Below, piece after piece: positions 29,033-39,370 of a stretch of DNA of 64,000 bases. Numbering within the stretch: the first letter of the stretch is position 1; each line of letters starts with the position of its first letter. The position numbers and the translations under genes are program-made. Source of the DNA: a phage; the sequence record PX421306.1; one strand, 5' to 3'. The notes beneath the pieces were generated by a model. It made no database searches. It was given only the letters and a program-made list of their open reading frames with translations, and was not told the DNA's origin.

Positions 29033-30801
29033 AAAAGCCACAAGAAATGCAAACGATGCGTAGAAAAGTTATTTCAGATAATAAACCAACACAGGAAGCG
29101 GCTAAATCCGCTTCTAACACTTTATCTGGACTTAACGATATATCTACGAAATTGGATGATGCTCAAGCTGCTTCTGAATTAATTGCTCAAACTGTCGAAG
29201 AAAAATCGAATGAAATAATTGGAGCAATTGACAACGTAGAAAGCGCAGTGAGTGATACTACTGCCGGTTCTGAGTTAATTGCTGAAACTGTCGAAATTGG
29301 CAATAATATTAATAAAGAAATCGGTGAATCACTCGGGAGCAAATTAGATAAATTAACAAGTTTACTAGAACAAAAAATTCAGACAGCTGGAATTCAACAG
29401 ACGGGAACTAGTTTAGCTACGGTTGAAAGCGCTATTCCTGTTAAAGTTGTTGAGGATGATACAGCTGAATCTGTGGGTCCTTTATTACCGGCTCCTGAAG
29501 CAGTTAATAATGATCCTGATGCTGATTTTTTCCCTACCCCTCAGCCAGTTGAACCCAAACAAGAATCGCCAGAAGAAAAACAGAAAAAAGACGCATTTAA
29601 CTTAAAATTATCTCAAGCTTTAGATAAATTAACAAAGACTGTTGATTTTGGATTTAAGAAATCCATTTCAATTACTGATAAAATATCGAGCATGTTATTT
29701 AAGTATACTGTCAGTGCTGCTATTGAAGCCGCTAAAATGACTGCAATGATATTGGCTGTTGTTGTTGGAATAGATCTGCTGATGGTTCACTTTAAATATT
29801 GGTCAGATAAATTTTCACAGGCATGGGATTTATTTAGTACAGACTTTACTAAATTCTCTAGTGAAACAGGAACATGGGGTCCTTTATTACAGAGCATCTT
29901 TAGTTCTATTGATGAAATTAAAAAATTCTGGGAAGAGGGAGATTGGGGCGGTTTGACGGTAGCTATTGTAGAAGGGCTTGGAAAGGTTCTTTATAATTTA
30001 GGAGAACTTATTCAGCTTGGAATGGCTAAATTATCTGCTGCAATTCTTCGAGTCATTCCTGGCATGAAGGATACCGCTGATGAAGTAGAAGGAAGAGCAC
30101 TAGAAAATTTCCAAAATTCTACTGGAGCATCTCTCAATAAAGAAGACCAGGAAAAAGTTGCAAATTATCAAGATAAACGAATGAACGGAGACCTTGGTCC
30201 GATAGCAAAAGGATTAGATAAAATTGCTAATTGGAAAACTCGTGCATCTAACTGGATTCGTGGCGTTGATAATAAAGAAGCACTAACTACCGACGAAGAA
30301 CGTGCAGCAGAAGAAGAAAAATTAAAGCAACTTTCACCAGAAGAAAGAAAAAATGCTTTAATGAAGGCTAATGAAGCCCGTGCCGCGATGATTCGTTTTG
30401 AAAAATACGCTGATTCGGCTGATATGAGTAAAGACTCAACGGTTAAATCAGTTGAAGCTGCCTATGAAGACCTTAAAAAACGGATGGATGACCCAGATTT
30501 AAATAATTCACCGGCAGTTAAAAAAGAACTTGCTGCTAGATTTTCTAAAATTGATGCTACTTATCAAGAGCTCAAGAAAAATCAGCCTAATGCCAAACCT
30601 GAAACTTCTGCTAAATCGCCAGAAGCAAAACAAGTCCAGGTAATAGAAAAGAACAAAGCACAGCAAGCTCCTGTTCAACAAGCATCTCCTTCGATCAATA
30701 ATACTAATAATGTTGTTAAGAAAAATACTGTCGTTCATAATATGACACCCGTAACGAGCACGACTGCTCCTGGTGTATTTGATGCGACTGGAGTTAATTA
30801 A
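29029..30801 (+). CDS. 29: Tail tape-measure / baseplate hub protein gp29
   Basis: 590 aa, the T4 gp29 length; extended helical, low-complexity segments. Confidence 0.9.
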   Translation: MKKPQEMQTMRRKVISDNKPTQEAAKSASNTLSGLNDISTKLDDAQAASELIAQTVEEKSNEIIGAIDNVESAVSDTTAGSELIAETVEIGNNINKEIGESLGSKLDKLTSLLEQKIQTAGIQQTGTSLATVESAIPVKVVEDDTAESVGPLLPAPEAVNNDPDADFFPTPQPVEPKQESPEEKQKKDAFNLKLSQALDKLTKTVDFGFKKSISITDKISSMLFKYTVSAAIEAAKMTAMILAVVVGIDLLMVHFKYWSDKFSQAWDLFSTDFTKFSSETGTWGPLLQSIFSSIDEIKKFWEEGDWGGLTVAIVEGLGKVLYNLGELIQLGMAKLSAAILRVIPGMKDTADEVEGRALENFQNSTGASLNKEDQEKVANYQDKRMNGDLGPIAKGLDKIANWKTRASNWIRGVDNKEALTTDEERAAEEEKLKQLSPEERKNALMKANEARAAMIRFEKYADSADMSKDSTVKSVEAAYEDLKKRMDDPDLNNSPAVKKELAARFSKIDATYQELKKNQPNAKPETSAKSPEAKQVQVIEKNKAQQAPVQQASPSINNTNNVVKKNTVVHNMTPVTSTTAPGVFDATGVN

Positions 30802-30809
30802 GGAATAAT

Positions 30810-31904
30810 ATGGCAATTGTTAAAGAAATAACTGCTGATTTAATTAAAAAGTCCGGTGAGAAAATTTCAGCCGGACAGAGTACTAAATCAGAAGTAGTAA
30901 CTAAAACATACACTGCCCAGTTTCCAACTGGGCGTGCTAGTGGTAATGACACTACAGGGGACTTCCAGGTAACAGATCTATATAAGAATGGATTATTATT
31001 TACTGCATACAATATGTCATCTAGGGATTCTGGAAGTCTTAGATCGATGAGATCTAACTACTCTTCTTCATCTTCGAGTATTTTAAGTACAGCTAGAAAC
31101 ACTATTAGTAGTACAGTATCAAAACTATCAAATGGATTAATATCAAACAATAATTCAGGAACAATAAGTAAAGCTCCTGTGGCAAATATTCTTTTACCGA
31201 GATCTAAATCTGATGTTGATACATCATCACACAGATTTAATGATGTTCAAGAAAGTCTTATCAGCAGAGGCGGAGGTACTGCTACTGGCGTGTTAAGTAA
31301 TATTGCTTCAACTGCAGTATTTGGGGCACTGGAAAGTATAACGCAAGGTATAATGGCTGATAATAATGAACAGATTTATACGACAGCCAGAAGTATGTAT
31401 GGCGGTGCTGAGAATAGAACTAAAGTGTTTACATGGGATTTGACGCCACGTTCAACAGAAGATTTAATGGCTATTATTAATATCTATCAATATTTTAACT
31501 ATTTTTCTTATGGTGAAACGGGTAAATCTCAATATGCTGCTGAAATAAAGGGGTATTTAGATGATTGGTATCGTTCTACGTTAATTGAACCTTTATCTCC
31601 GGAAGACGCAGCTAAAAATAAAACACTATTTGAGAAAATGACATCGAGTTTAACTAACGTTCTAGTAGTTTCAAACCCGACAATTTGGATGGTGAAAAAC
31701 TTTGGCGCAACATCTAAGTTTGATGGAAAAACGGAAATATTTGGCCCATGCCAAATACAGAGCATCAGATTTGATAAAACACCTAATGGTAACTTTAACG
31801 GATTAGCTATTGCTCCAAACCTCCCTAGTACATTTACTCTTGAGATTACTATGAGAGAAATTATCACGTTAAACCGTGCTTCTTTATATGCGGGGACTTT
31901 TTAA
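30810..31904 (+). CDS. 48: Baseplate tail-tube junction protein gp48
   Basis: 364 aa, the T4 gp48 length; synteny. Confidence 0.9.
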   Translation: MAIVKEITADLIKKSGEKISAGQSTKSEVVTKTYTAQFPTGRASGNDTTGDFQVTDLYKNGLLFTAYNMSSRDSGSLRSMRSNYSSSSSSILSTARNTISSTVSKLSNGLISNNNSGTISKAPVANILLPRSKSDVDTSSHRFNDVQESLISRGGGTATGVLSNIASTAVFGALESITQGIMADNNEQIYTTARSMYGGAENRTKVFTWDLTPRSTEDLMAIINIYQYFNYFSYGETGKSQYAAEIKGYLDDWYRSTLIEPLSPEDAAKNKTLFEKMTSSLTNVLVVSNPTIWMVKNFGATSKFDGKTEIFGPCQIQSIRFDKTPNGNFNGLAIAPNLPSTFTLEITMREIITLNRASLYAGTF

Positions 31905-32869
31905 TGTATTCTTTAGAGGAATTTAATAATCAAGCAATAAACGCAGATTTCCAACGTAATAATATGTTTAGCTGCGTTTTTGCGACAACTCCATCAACTA
32001 AAAGCTCTTCGTTGATAAGTTCAATTAGCAACTTTTCTTATAATAACTTGGGTCTAAATTCAGATTGGTTAGGATTGACTCAAGGCGATATTAATCAGGG
32101 AATTACCACGCTAATTACTGCTGGCACACAAAAACTGATAAGAAAATCAGGGGTTAGTAAATATCTTATTGGTGCCATGAGTCAACGTACAGTTCAAAGT
32201 TTATTGGGCTCATTTACAGTTGGTACATATTTAATTGACTTCTTTAACATGGCATATAACTCATCTGGATTGATGATATATTCCGTAAAAATGCCAGAGA
32301 ATAGATTATCCTATGAAACTGACTGGAACTATAATTCTCCTAATATTCGTATAACTGGGAGAGAATTAGACCCTTTGGTTATTTCATTTAGGATGGATTC
32401 AGAAGCTTGTAACTATCGTGCAATGCAAGACTGGGTTAATGCTGTTCAAGACCCAGTAACTGGACTGCGTGCTTTGCCGCAAGATGTCGAGGCAGATATT
32501 CAGGTTAATCTTCATGCTCGTAATGGATTACCTCATACTGCGGTGATGTTCACCGGATGCATTCCAGTGTCAGTGAGCGCTCCTGAGTTATCATATGATG
32601 GAGATAACCAAATAACTACATTTGATGTTACTTTTGCGTATAGAGTCATGCAGGCTGGAGCAGTTGATAGACAAGCTGCGCTTGAATGGCTTGAATCCGC
32701 TGCTATAAACGGTATTCAAAGCGTTCTCGGAAATAGCGGAGGCGTTACTGGACTATCTAATTCGCTTTCACGACTTAGTAGATTAGGAGGAACTGCTGGA
32801 AGCATTTCAAACATTAATACTATGACGGGAATTGTCAACTCGCAAAGTAAAATATTAGGAGCAATATAA
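31904..32869 (+). CDS. 54: Baseplate tail-tube initiator gp54
   Basis: About 320 aa, the T4 gp54 length; synteny. Confidence 0.9.
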   Translation: MYSLEEFNNQAINADFQRNNMFSCVFATTPSTKSSSLISSISNFSYNNLGLNSDWLGLTQGDINQGITTLITAGTQKLIRKSGVSKYLIGAMSQRTVQSLLGSFTVGTYLIDFFNMAYNSSGLMIYSVKMPENRLSYETDWNYNSPNIRITGRELDPLVISFRMDSEACNYRAMQDWVNAVQDPVTGLRALPQDVEADIQVNLHARNGLPHTAVMFTGCIPVSVSAPELSYDGDNQITTFDVTFAYRVMQAGAVDRQAALEWLESAAINGIQSVLGNSGGVTGLSNSLSRLSRLGGTAGSISNINTMTGIVNSQSKILGAI

Positions 32870-32873
32870 CAAT

Positions 32874-32891
32874 GGGGACCTTTCGGTCCCC
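32874..32891 (+). terminator. Rho-independent terminator after gene 54 (GGGGACC-TTTC-GGTCCCC)
   Basis: 7-bp GC stem plus T-rich tail 5 nt after the gp54 stop. Confidence 0.65.
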
Positions 32892-32897
32892 ATGTTT

Positions 32898-33188
32898 TTA
32901 TTTACGGAATGAAATAAAAGCAGAAACTGAAGCAACTAAACTGTCTTCAATATAAACTTCAATTTTTACTGGAGCTTCTGATTCAAATTTACCTGTTACT
33001 ACACCTTGGAAAATGCTTTCAGTCTGTTCTGGCTTTGAAAAATTTTCAGAAGGAAAAATTCCGAACTTTTTATCTGTTCCAAAAATTTTGATAAATTCAT
33101 CATAAACTGCTTCATTAAAAGCGTTATCAGCAGGAATAACGCCTTCAACTACAAGTTCTTGACCTAAAAAGCGTAAAGAAGATTTCAT
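32898..33188 (-). CDS. Hypothetical protein (alt.-3 position)
   Basis: 96-aa ORF downstream of the Alt paralogs on the minus strand. Confidence 0.55.
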   Translation of the reverse strand: MKSSLRFLGQELVVEGVIPADNAFNEAVYDEFIKIFGTDKKFGIFPSENFSKPEQTESIFQGVVTGKFESEAPVKIEVYIEDSLVASVSAFISFRK

Positions 33189-33248
33189 TTTGTGTTCCTC
33201 ATGTTATGTCAGTAAGATTATTATAACACAATACGAGGGACTTGTAAA

Positions 33249-35306
33249 CTACATCTTGAACTTTTTAGACATTCCATTGATGTTAACCAAAGAAGCCAAG
33301 ATTTGAGAAACTTCGTTTTCCTCTTCTTTTGATTCTTCTACAAGGAATTGATTAAACCCAGCCATTGGACGAACTTCACCAGTTTCCATCAGATGGTCGC
33401 CATCATATACCGATTCTTCTAATTGTTCAGAAGGAGGAACGATTGTGCCTTCGATTAGATACTTGTTATAAGCAGTTTCTTTCATCATGTACGTACTCAC
33501 TTTATTAATCTTCAGCAAAATTCCACGTGGTAAAATAACTTCAGCTTCTGATGGAAATCCTGATAAATGTCCTGGAACGATAACTTTGATTCGCTCAGCT
33601 CCTTTAATTACCATACCCACGCTAGTTTCAGCATCTTCATTAGCATATGCAGAATGACTGCCCATATGCATTAAATCTTCAGCATCAACAGAACCTTCTC
33701 CTTCACCAGAAAATACTGCACCGGAATCATCTAGAGCCATATAGTTTTTACCATACTCACCGAAGATATTTGGTTTAAGCGATGTGGATACGAAGTTCTT
33801 GAAATAAAACATTTTATTTTCAATATTATGACGTAAAGTTTTAAAGGTAACTTCTTGTCCACGATAAAGTGTAGTTCCTGGAGGAAGAACTGATCCTTTG
33901 GCAAAGGCAGAATCCATTGTCTCGATGTGTTTAATAGCTCGTTCCATGTATTCTTCACGGGTAGAATCTGGTTTACCCAAGAGGAACGAGTTCATTTCAA
34001 CATATGAATCTGCACAATAATCTTCAATTACATCAGACTCAGCCTGAGTTAATCCTTTTGGGGGTACTTCAGTACTTGCGTATTCATATGCCTGAGCAGC
34101 AGATTCATTAATCAATTTATAAATGCCATTCATGACAAATTGAATAATAGCTACTTTTTCGTCTGGCGTGGCTTTAGAACCTTTAACTAAATCATTGATA
34201 ATTTTCTTAATAACATCAAAGCTATTAGAAATATTAATGTCAGCGAGATCGCTTAAAATTTTATCGGTTTTATAATCAAAGAATTCTTTATTCTTTAAAT
34301 ATTCTTGAGAACCTTGATATGTTATATCGCTCTGTAACTTGATAGATGGATCACGTAAACGTGCATGAGCCAATGCAATATGATTTCGGAAGCTTTCTAG
34401 TTCATAATCGTTAGATTTAAAACGAGAAGCACTCCTCATACCACTGATAGCTCCTTTGCTGAAGTTTGAACCGACCTGAATAACGCCAGAGTTCATTGGT
34501 CCTTCTGCTTTATATACCGGAACTTTAGATTCAAACTCTTGATATTTCTTAGCAGCGAAGCTATCGCCCTGAAGTGAAGCATCGACAGTAGAGTATTGAG
34601 CTTGTGCTGCTAATCGACGACTAATTTTAGTTTTCTGAATAACAGCTTGATCCGTGCGCTTATCATTTTCTAAGGCAATAGAAGCAGCGACAGCAACAGC
34701 TTTAGGAACAGCATTACCTGTTTTAACATCTACATAAACATCACCAACCTTTGATTCAACTTTTGTGAATAACTCAGTTGAAATAGGAGGTACACCTGGA
34801 ATGTCTTCTAAATTAGCATTTTTACGGTAAACCATAATATATGCATATTTCTTATCATAGTCCCAGATTTCCTTTAAAAGAACATATCGACCTGCTCCTT
34901 TAGTACGTACTAAACGGTCAGCAATAACTTGCATTTGACGAGCAGCGCCATTTGTTTTACTTTTTAGTACGCGGAATAGGCATGCATCAATTTTATACTG
35001 TTTCATTGTTTGAAGAGCAGTATCAAAAACCGCATTAATGACACCAATTGGATTTCCACCTAAGTTTTTAAGTTTAACTAATGATAGCTTTTCATTGACA
35101 CCTATCATTACGATATGCATCATTTTATCGCCTGGCTTAACGTTTTTATTCGTATCACCGCCAGAGGTGTATGTACAAAATCTAAATCCAGGAAGCACGC
35201 TTTCTTCACCCGCTTGAATAGCAAAAATTTGAGGTATTTTATGCTTAGGATTTAAGTTAACAACCGGCGCCGAAGCGCCGTCAAATAATTCTGTAATAAG
35301 TTCCAT
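33249..35306 (-). CDS. Alt-family mono-ADP-ribosyltransferase paralog (685 aa)
   Basis: N-terminal 'MELITELFD' shared with the upstream paralog; C-terminal R-S-E ART signature ('YRGQ', 'VSTSL', 'EAEVILPRG'). Confidence 0.8.
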   Translation of the reverse strand: MELITELFDGASAPVVNLNPKHKIPQIFAIQAGEESVLPGFRFCTYTSGGDTNKNVKPGDKMMHIVMIGVNEKLSLVKLKNLGGNPIGVINAVFDTALQTMKQYKIDACLFRVLKSKTNGAARQMQVIADRLVRTKGAGRYVLLKEIWDYDKKYAYIMVYRKNANLEDIPGVPPISTELFTKVESKVGDVYVDVKTGNAVPKAVAVAASIALENDKRTDQAVIQKTKISRRLAAQAQYSTVDASLQGDSFAAKKYQEFESKVPVYKAEGPMNSGVIQVGSNFSKGAISGMRSASRFKSNDYELESFRNHIALAHARLRDPSIKLQSDITYQGSQEYLKNKEFFDYKTDKILSDLADINISNSFDVIKKIINDLVKGSKATPDEKVAIIQFVMNGIYKLINESAAQAYEYASTEVPPKGLTQAESDVIEDYCADSYVEMNSFLLGKPDSTREEYMERAIKHIETMDSAFAKGSVLPPGTTLYRGQEVTFKTLRHNIENKMFYFKNFVSTSLKPNIFGEYGKNYMALDDSGAVFSGEGEGSVDAEDLMHMGSHSAYANEDAETSVGMVIKGAERIKVIVPGHLSGFPSEAEVILPRGILLKINKVSTYMMKETAYNKYLIEGTIVPPSEQLEESVYDGDHLMETGEVRPMAGFNQFLVEESKEEENEVSQILASLVNINGMSKKFKM

Positions 35307-35309
35307 GAT

Positions 35310-37406
35310 TTATCCTTGAACGAACTTGTAAGGCATGTTTGTAATATCTATGCAAGACGCAATAATTCCAAGAGATGATTCTACTTTCTGTTTAACGTTT
35401 GATGAAACAAATGATGCAAAGTCAACTCTGTCTTCTACTTCAATATCACCTGTCATTGCAACTACTTCGCCGGTTTCCATTAGACGGTCACCGTCATAAA
35501 TGACTGATTCGGTGAGTTCTTCCGTAGTCATAACTTCAGCTTGAATGAGTTTTGTGTTATTAGATGTTGTTCCGTCATTATTAGAAGCATCAGTTATTTT
35601 ATTAACTTTGACCATCAATCCGCGTGGTAGAATAACTTCAGCTTCTGTTGCTATTCCGAGACTTCCTGGATATACAACATTAACTTTATGAGCTCCATCA
35701 ATTGCCCATCCTATTTGAACTTTAACGTATTCAGGATTTTCTTTATACGCTCTTATTTCGCTTGGATTAATAGTTATTCCTTCTTCATTTTTATCAACTG
35801 TTAATTCATTGCGAACTTCTGGTTCTAAAAGACCAATACCAGCATGTGTAATTCCAAAACGTCCAAAAATGATAGGAGTTAAAGAAGTAGATACAAAATT
35901 TCTGAAATAGAACACTTTATTTTTAACTAGTGCTTCGTATATAGGAGCAGTCATACTTTGAGCACGATAAACTGTAATGCCTTCTGGTATACGGTCACCG
36001 TTTTCAAAAGCTGAATCTAAGTTATTTATAGCAGATTCAATTTCTTTTTCACTCATTACATCATATCGTTCTGGATTGTAACGACCCAAAAGAAGATTAT
36101 TGATGTCAGTATATCCTGAACCACAATACTCTCTAATGCCGCGCTTTTGTGATGGAGTATATTTAGAACCATCACGGGCAATAGTAATATCAATCATTGG
36201 ACCTGCACCAATTCCAGAAAAGCTATAAATCATTCTTTTAAGGAATTTAGTTTTTGCTGCGTTCCAGGAATTTTTAGTTATTTCTTCCCAGACTTCATCT
36301 GGCTGTCCTTTACGGGTTTTATTATGTTTATCAAGCCAATTATCTTTATATTCTTCAAAGAATTGATTAACAGCTGCTGCGTATTTCTCTAAACATTTTA
36401 TTGAAGTGGTTGGTTCATTTTTAATCGCATTAAGAATTACATCTTTAATTTTTTCAGAAACTTCATTAACCTCACTTTTTGAAAAGAATTTATAGTCATA
36501 GTGAAGTTCATCTGCGGTTCCTTCGGCAATGATTTTTGCTGCCTTAGTTTTAGAAGCTAATGAATTAATTCCAAGCTTCATTTCTTCTGCTTCGGGAATT
36601 AAAGGAGCTGTAGCAGGTTTATTGAAATTAGCTGCGGTAGATTCATATTTCTGGAATAATTCACTTTCAAATCTAGAAGATTCCAATGACTGACTTTGCG
36701 CAATTGCTCTACGGGAAATTTTAACTTTAACGATTACAGCTTGGTCAGAACGTTTATCGTTTTCTTGCGCAATAGATGCCGCAATTGCCTCATTTTTAGT
36801 TACTTGAGCTCCAGTATCTTTATTGATATAAACATCGCCGACTTTCGATTCAACTTTAGTAAAGAGCTCGGTACTAATTTCCGGAACTCCTGGAATGTCT
36901 TCTAGTGATACATTTTTGCGATGTATAAGAATATATGCATACTTTTTATCGTAATCCCAGAGTTCCTTAAGAAGGACGTATCTGCCACCTGAACGACTGC
37001 GGATAAGTCTATCAGCAATAACTTGAATTTGTCGAGCTTGACCAGCAGTTTTAGACTTAAGAATACGAAGCATACAGGCATCAATTTTATACTGACGCAT
37101 CGTTTGCATCGCAACAGTAAAAACTGAATTGATGTAATTAATTGGGCTTGGACCGAGACCTTTCAATTTAGCAATTGAACCTTTAGCAGTTAATGTAAAA
37201 GGAACAATGTGCATCATTTTATCGCCCATCTTTAGATCACGGTTAGTATCACCTCCAGATGTATAGGTACATAAACGAAAGCCTGGTTGTTCAATTGCGT
37301 CATCAACATGAACTGAAAAAATTTGTGGTATTTTCTTCTTTGGATTTAAGTTTGTAATCGGAAGAGTAGTATCTTCGTCAAATAATTCTGTAATGAGTTC
37401 CATCAT
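35310..37406 (-). CDS. alt: Alt ADP-ribosyltransferase (698 aa), adjacent to the ligase operon
   Basis: Same N-terminal leader and R-S-E motifs ('VYRAQ', 'VSTSL', 'EAEVILPRG'); late promoter box upstream; which paralog equals T4 alt is uncertain. Confidence 0.8.
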   Translation of the reverse strand: MMELITELFDEDTTLPITNLNPKKKIPQIFSVHVDDAIEQPGFRLCTYTSGGDTNRDLKMGDKMMHIVPFTLTAKGSIAKLKGLGPSPINYINSVFTVAMQTMRQYKIDACMLRILKSKTAGQARQIQVIADRLIRSRSGGRYVLLKELWDYDKKYAYILIHRKNVSLEDIPGVPEISTELFTKVESKVGDVYINKDTGAQVTKNEAIAASIAQENDKRSDQAVIVKVKISRRAIAQSQSLESSRFESELFQKYESTAANFNKPATAPLIPEAEEMKLGINSLASKTKAAKIIAEGTADELHYDYKFFSKSEVNEVSEKIKDVILNAIKNEPTTSIKCLEKYAAAVNQFFEEYKDNWLDKHNKTRKGQPDEVWEEITKNSWNAAKTKFLKRMIYSFSGIGAGPMIDITIARDGSKYTPSQKRGIREYCGSGYTDINNLLLGRYNPERYDVMSEKEIESAINNLDSAFENGDRIPEGITVYRAQSMTAPIYEALVKNKVFYFRNFVSTSLTPIIFGRFGITHAGIGLLEPEVRNELTVDKNEEGITINPSEIRAYKENPEYVKVQIGWAIDGAHKVNVVYPGSLGIATEAEVILPRGLMVKVNKITDASNNDGTTSNNTKLIQAEVMTTEELTESVIYDGDRLMETGEVVAMTGDIEVEDRVDFASFVSSNVKQKVESSLGIIASCIDITNMPYKFVQG

Positions 37407-37426
37407 ATCCTCTCTAGTGTTTATTC

Positions 37427-37434
37427 TATTTATA
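37427..37434 (-). promoter_or_regulatory. Late promoter box TATAAATA (minus strand) upstream of alt
   Basis: Plus-strand TATTTATA is TATAAATA on the minus strand, about 20 nt upstream of the alt ATG with a GAGAGG ribosome-binding site between. Confidence 0.5.
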
Positions 37435-37440
37435 AAATTA

Positions 37441-37456
37441 AAGGCCCGAAGGCCTT
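37441..37456 (-). terminator. Terminator hairpin at the end of the ligase operon (AAGGCC-TTCG-GGCCTT on minus strand)
   Basis: GC stem with tetraloop overlapping the stop of the 62-aa ORF, followed on the minus strand by a T-rich run. Confidence 0.55.
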
Positions 37457-37644
37457 TAATAATCTAGTGGTAAGAGAGTACGATATATTTCAAACTTTGG
37501 ACCTTTTTCGTAGGCATCAAATGTTTCTGTAAATTTATTATAAGCATATGCATCTACAAATTCGAGAACGATTTGTGATACAGAAGTAGAAACATCTCCA
37601 CCTTCTTTTTGAGCAACGACAATTGTTTCTAAGTAAGCTTTCAT
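37456..37644 (-). CDS. Hypothetical protein, 62 aa
   Basis: Small ORF coupled to the DNA ligase stop (overlap at 37641-37644). Confidence 0.5.
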   Translation of the reverse strand: MKAYLETIVVAQKEGGDVSTSVSQIVLEFVDAYAYNKFTETFDAYEKGPKFEIYRTLLPLDY

Positions 37645-39104
37645 AGACCAGTTACCTCATGAAAATCACCAAATACATCCTCGAATGTATTAGCTTTAGT
37701 TTTATCTTCACGTAAACGAATCGCAATTGGAAGAAATAATTTTACGTAATCAGTGCGGCCATCAGATTTTAACCAACCGTTGCATTCGCACTCTAGAATT
37801 TTTCCAATATAATAATTTTGGTTTTCCATAATGCGAGTACGGTCAAGTTCATGCGATTTTACACCGGCTTTATCTTTTAAACCTGAACCAGCATTTACTT
37901 TAATTTTTCCACACTCTGATTCAAGAATAAATCCACCTGCTTTAGTAGGGTCTTTACGGTGAGGATAAATTCCTACAATTTTTAAATCAACATCAATTAC
38001 TTCTTTAAATTTATAGAGATTTTTTGAACGAGCATTTTCCCACAATCCATCGGTATTTTTGAGAATAATACCTTCAAGACCTTGGTCAATATACTTTTTA
38101 TAAATTACCTTAGCTTCATCTAGGTTATTTACTACCTGGTTTTCAATTAAAATTACTTTATCATATCCTGATGTCATTTGTTCTAGTTTAGAAAAACGTA
38201 CATCATATTTTAAACGAAACGCCGGAAGACCGTATATTTCTACCAACGGGACATAATCCCAGACCTGAAACTTCATGCATTGAGCTTCTTTTTCAGAAAT
38301 GGTTCCTTTTAAGGATTTATTGGCGATTCCATTAGAAGTAGTACGAGATTCCGCTACTTCGGCGAATTCTTTAGCTTTACTAATTTCAGGATAAGCATCA
38401 AAAAGAAAATCTAGGCCTTCTGGTTCCTTTTTAACTTGCTCATGGTATACCAATTCGCCATCAATTAACACACCTTCTGGATGAATCTGGCGGGCTTCAG
38501 CAGTCATTTTGATTAACTCTTCCTTAAGAAGATCTAATCCTAGATATTCATTACCAGCTCGTGATAAAAGACGAACATCATCTAATTCATCGCCTCGGAC
38601 TTCAGCAAAACACCGAGCTCCATCTGCTTTTAACTGTGCAAAGGCTGGAAATTTGATATTCTTACTAATGCCTTTTTCATCATAAGAACTTGCCAGCATT
38701 TGAGGTTGTTCAGGAATTAAACCTGGCCAAACTTTGTTTGCAATAGATACTGAAGCACCGCATTCAAGGTCTCGCATCATAACTCGACGCAAAACTTCAA
38801 CATCATCCTTTTTACCATCGGTGATATATCCAGTCAATTCCTCAATTGCAGCATTTCCGGTCAATTTCCGAGTAGCTAACGTGAATTCAATGAAGTCAAG
38901 CATATCGGTAATAGTCAGCATTCCAAAACTCTGGGTAGCAATACCAGGTTTAGGCCATTTCTTGATATAATACTGTAACCCACGAGAATAAGTCAGACGA
39001 TATACCCGTTTAAGCAATTCATTATCTTTATTCTTTTCAAGAATTGCTTGCTTCTGCTTAGTTGATCCAATAGATGCTATTTCATTCAGAATTTTAAGAA
39101 TCAT
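37641..39104 (-). CDS. 30: ATP-dependent DNA ligase gp30
   Basis: 487 aa, the T4 ligase length; adenylation motif 'KADGAR'. Confidence 0.95.
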   Translation of the reverse strand: MILKILNEIASIGSTKQKQAILEKNKDNELLKRVYRLTYSRGLQYYIKKWPKPGIATQSFGMLTITDMLDFIEFTLATRKLTGNAAIEELTGYITDGKKDDVEVLRRVMMRDLECGASVSIANKVWPGLIPEQPQMLASSYDEKGISKNIKFPAFAQLKADGARCFAEVRGDELDDVRLLSRAGNEYLGLDLLKEELIKMTAEARQIHPEGVLIDGELVYHEQVKKEPEGLDFLFDAYPEISKAKEFAEVAESRTTSNGIANKSLKGTISEKEAQCMKFQVWDYVPLVEIYGLPAFRLKYDVRFSKLEQMTSGYDKVILIENQVVNNLDEAKVIYKKYIDQGLEGIILKNTDGLWENARSKNLYKFKEVIDVDLKIVGIYPHRKDPTKAGGFILESECGKIKVNAGSGLKDKAGVKSHELDRTRIMENQNYYIGKILECECNGWLKSDGRTDYVKLFLPIAIRLREDKTKANTFEDVFGDFHEVTGL

Positions 39105-39370
39105 TGCTCATCCTTCAAAGTTTGATTTACAGCTCTATTATAAATCAATTCATCATTAAGCTCAGTCAAAGACCTATGATATGTAGTTCTAACTTTATTT
39201 CCTTGCATCCAATGCTTGATATAAATGAAACCTTGCTCTACACATTTTTTAAAAATTCGTTCGTCTTTTTGAGCTCGGAATTCTGGATTGCATCTAAAGA
39301 ATTGATTTACGTGACCGTAATCACGTGTAGTATTACCTTCATTTTCATAAATAGTGTGAACGACAAACAT
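39101..39370 (-). CDS. Hypothetical protein (30.1 position)
   Basis: 89-aa ORF, start overlapping the upstream gene stop. Confidence 0.6.
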   Translation of the reverse strand: MFVVHTIYENEGNTTRDYGHVNQFFRCNPEFRAQKDERIFKKCVEQGFIYIKHWMQGNKVRTTYHRSLTELNDELIYNRAVNQTLKDEQ

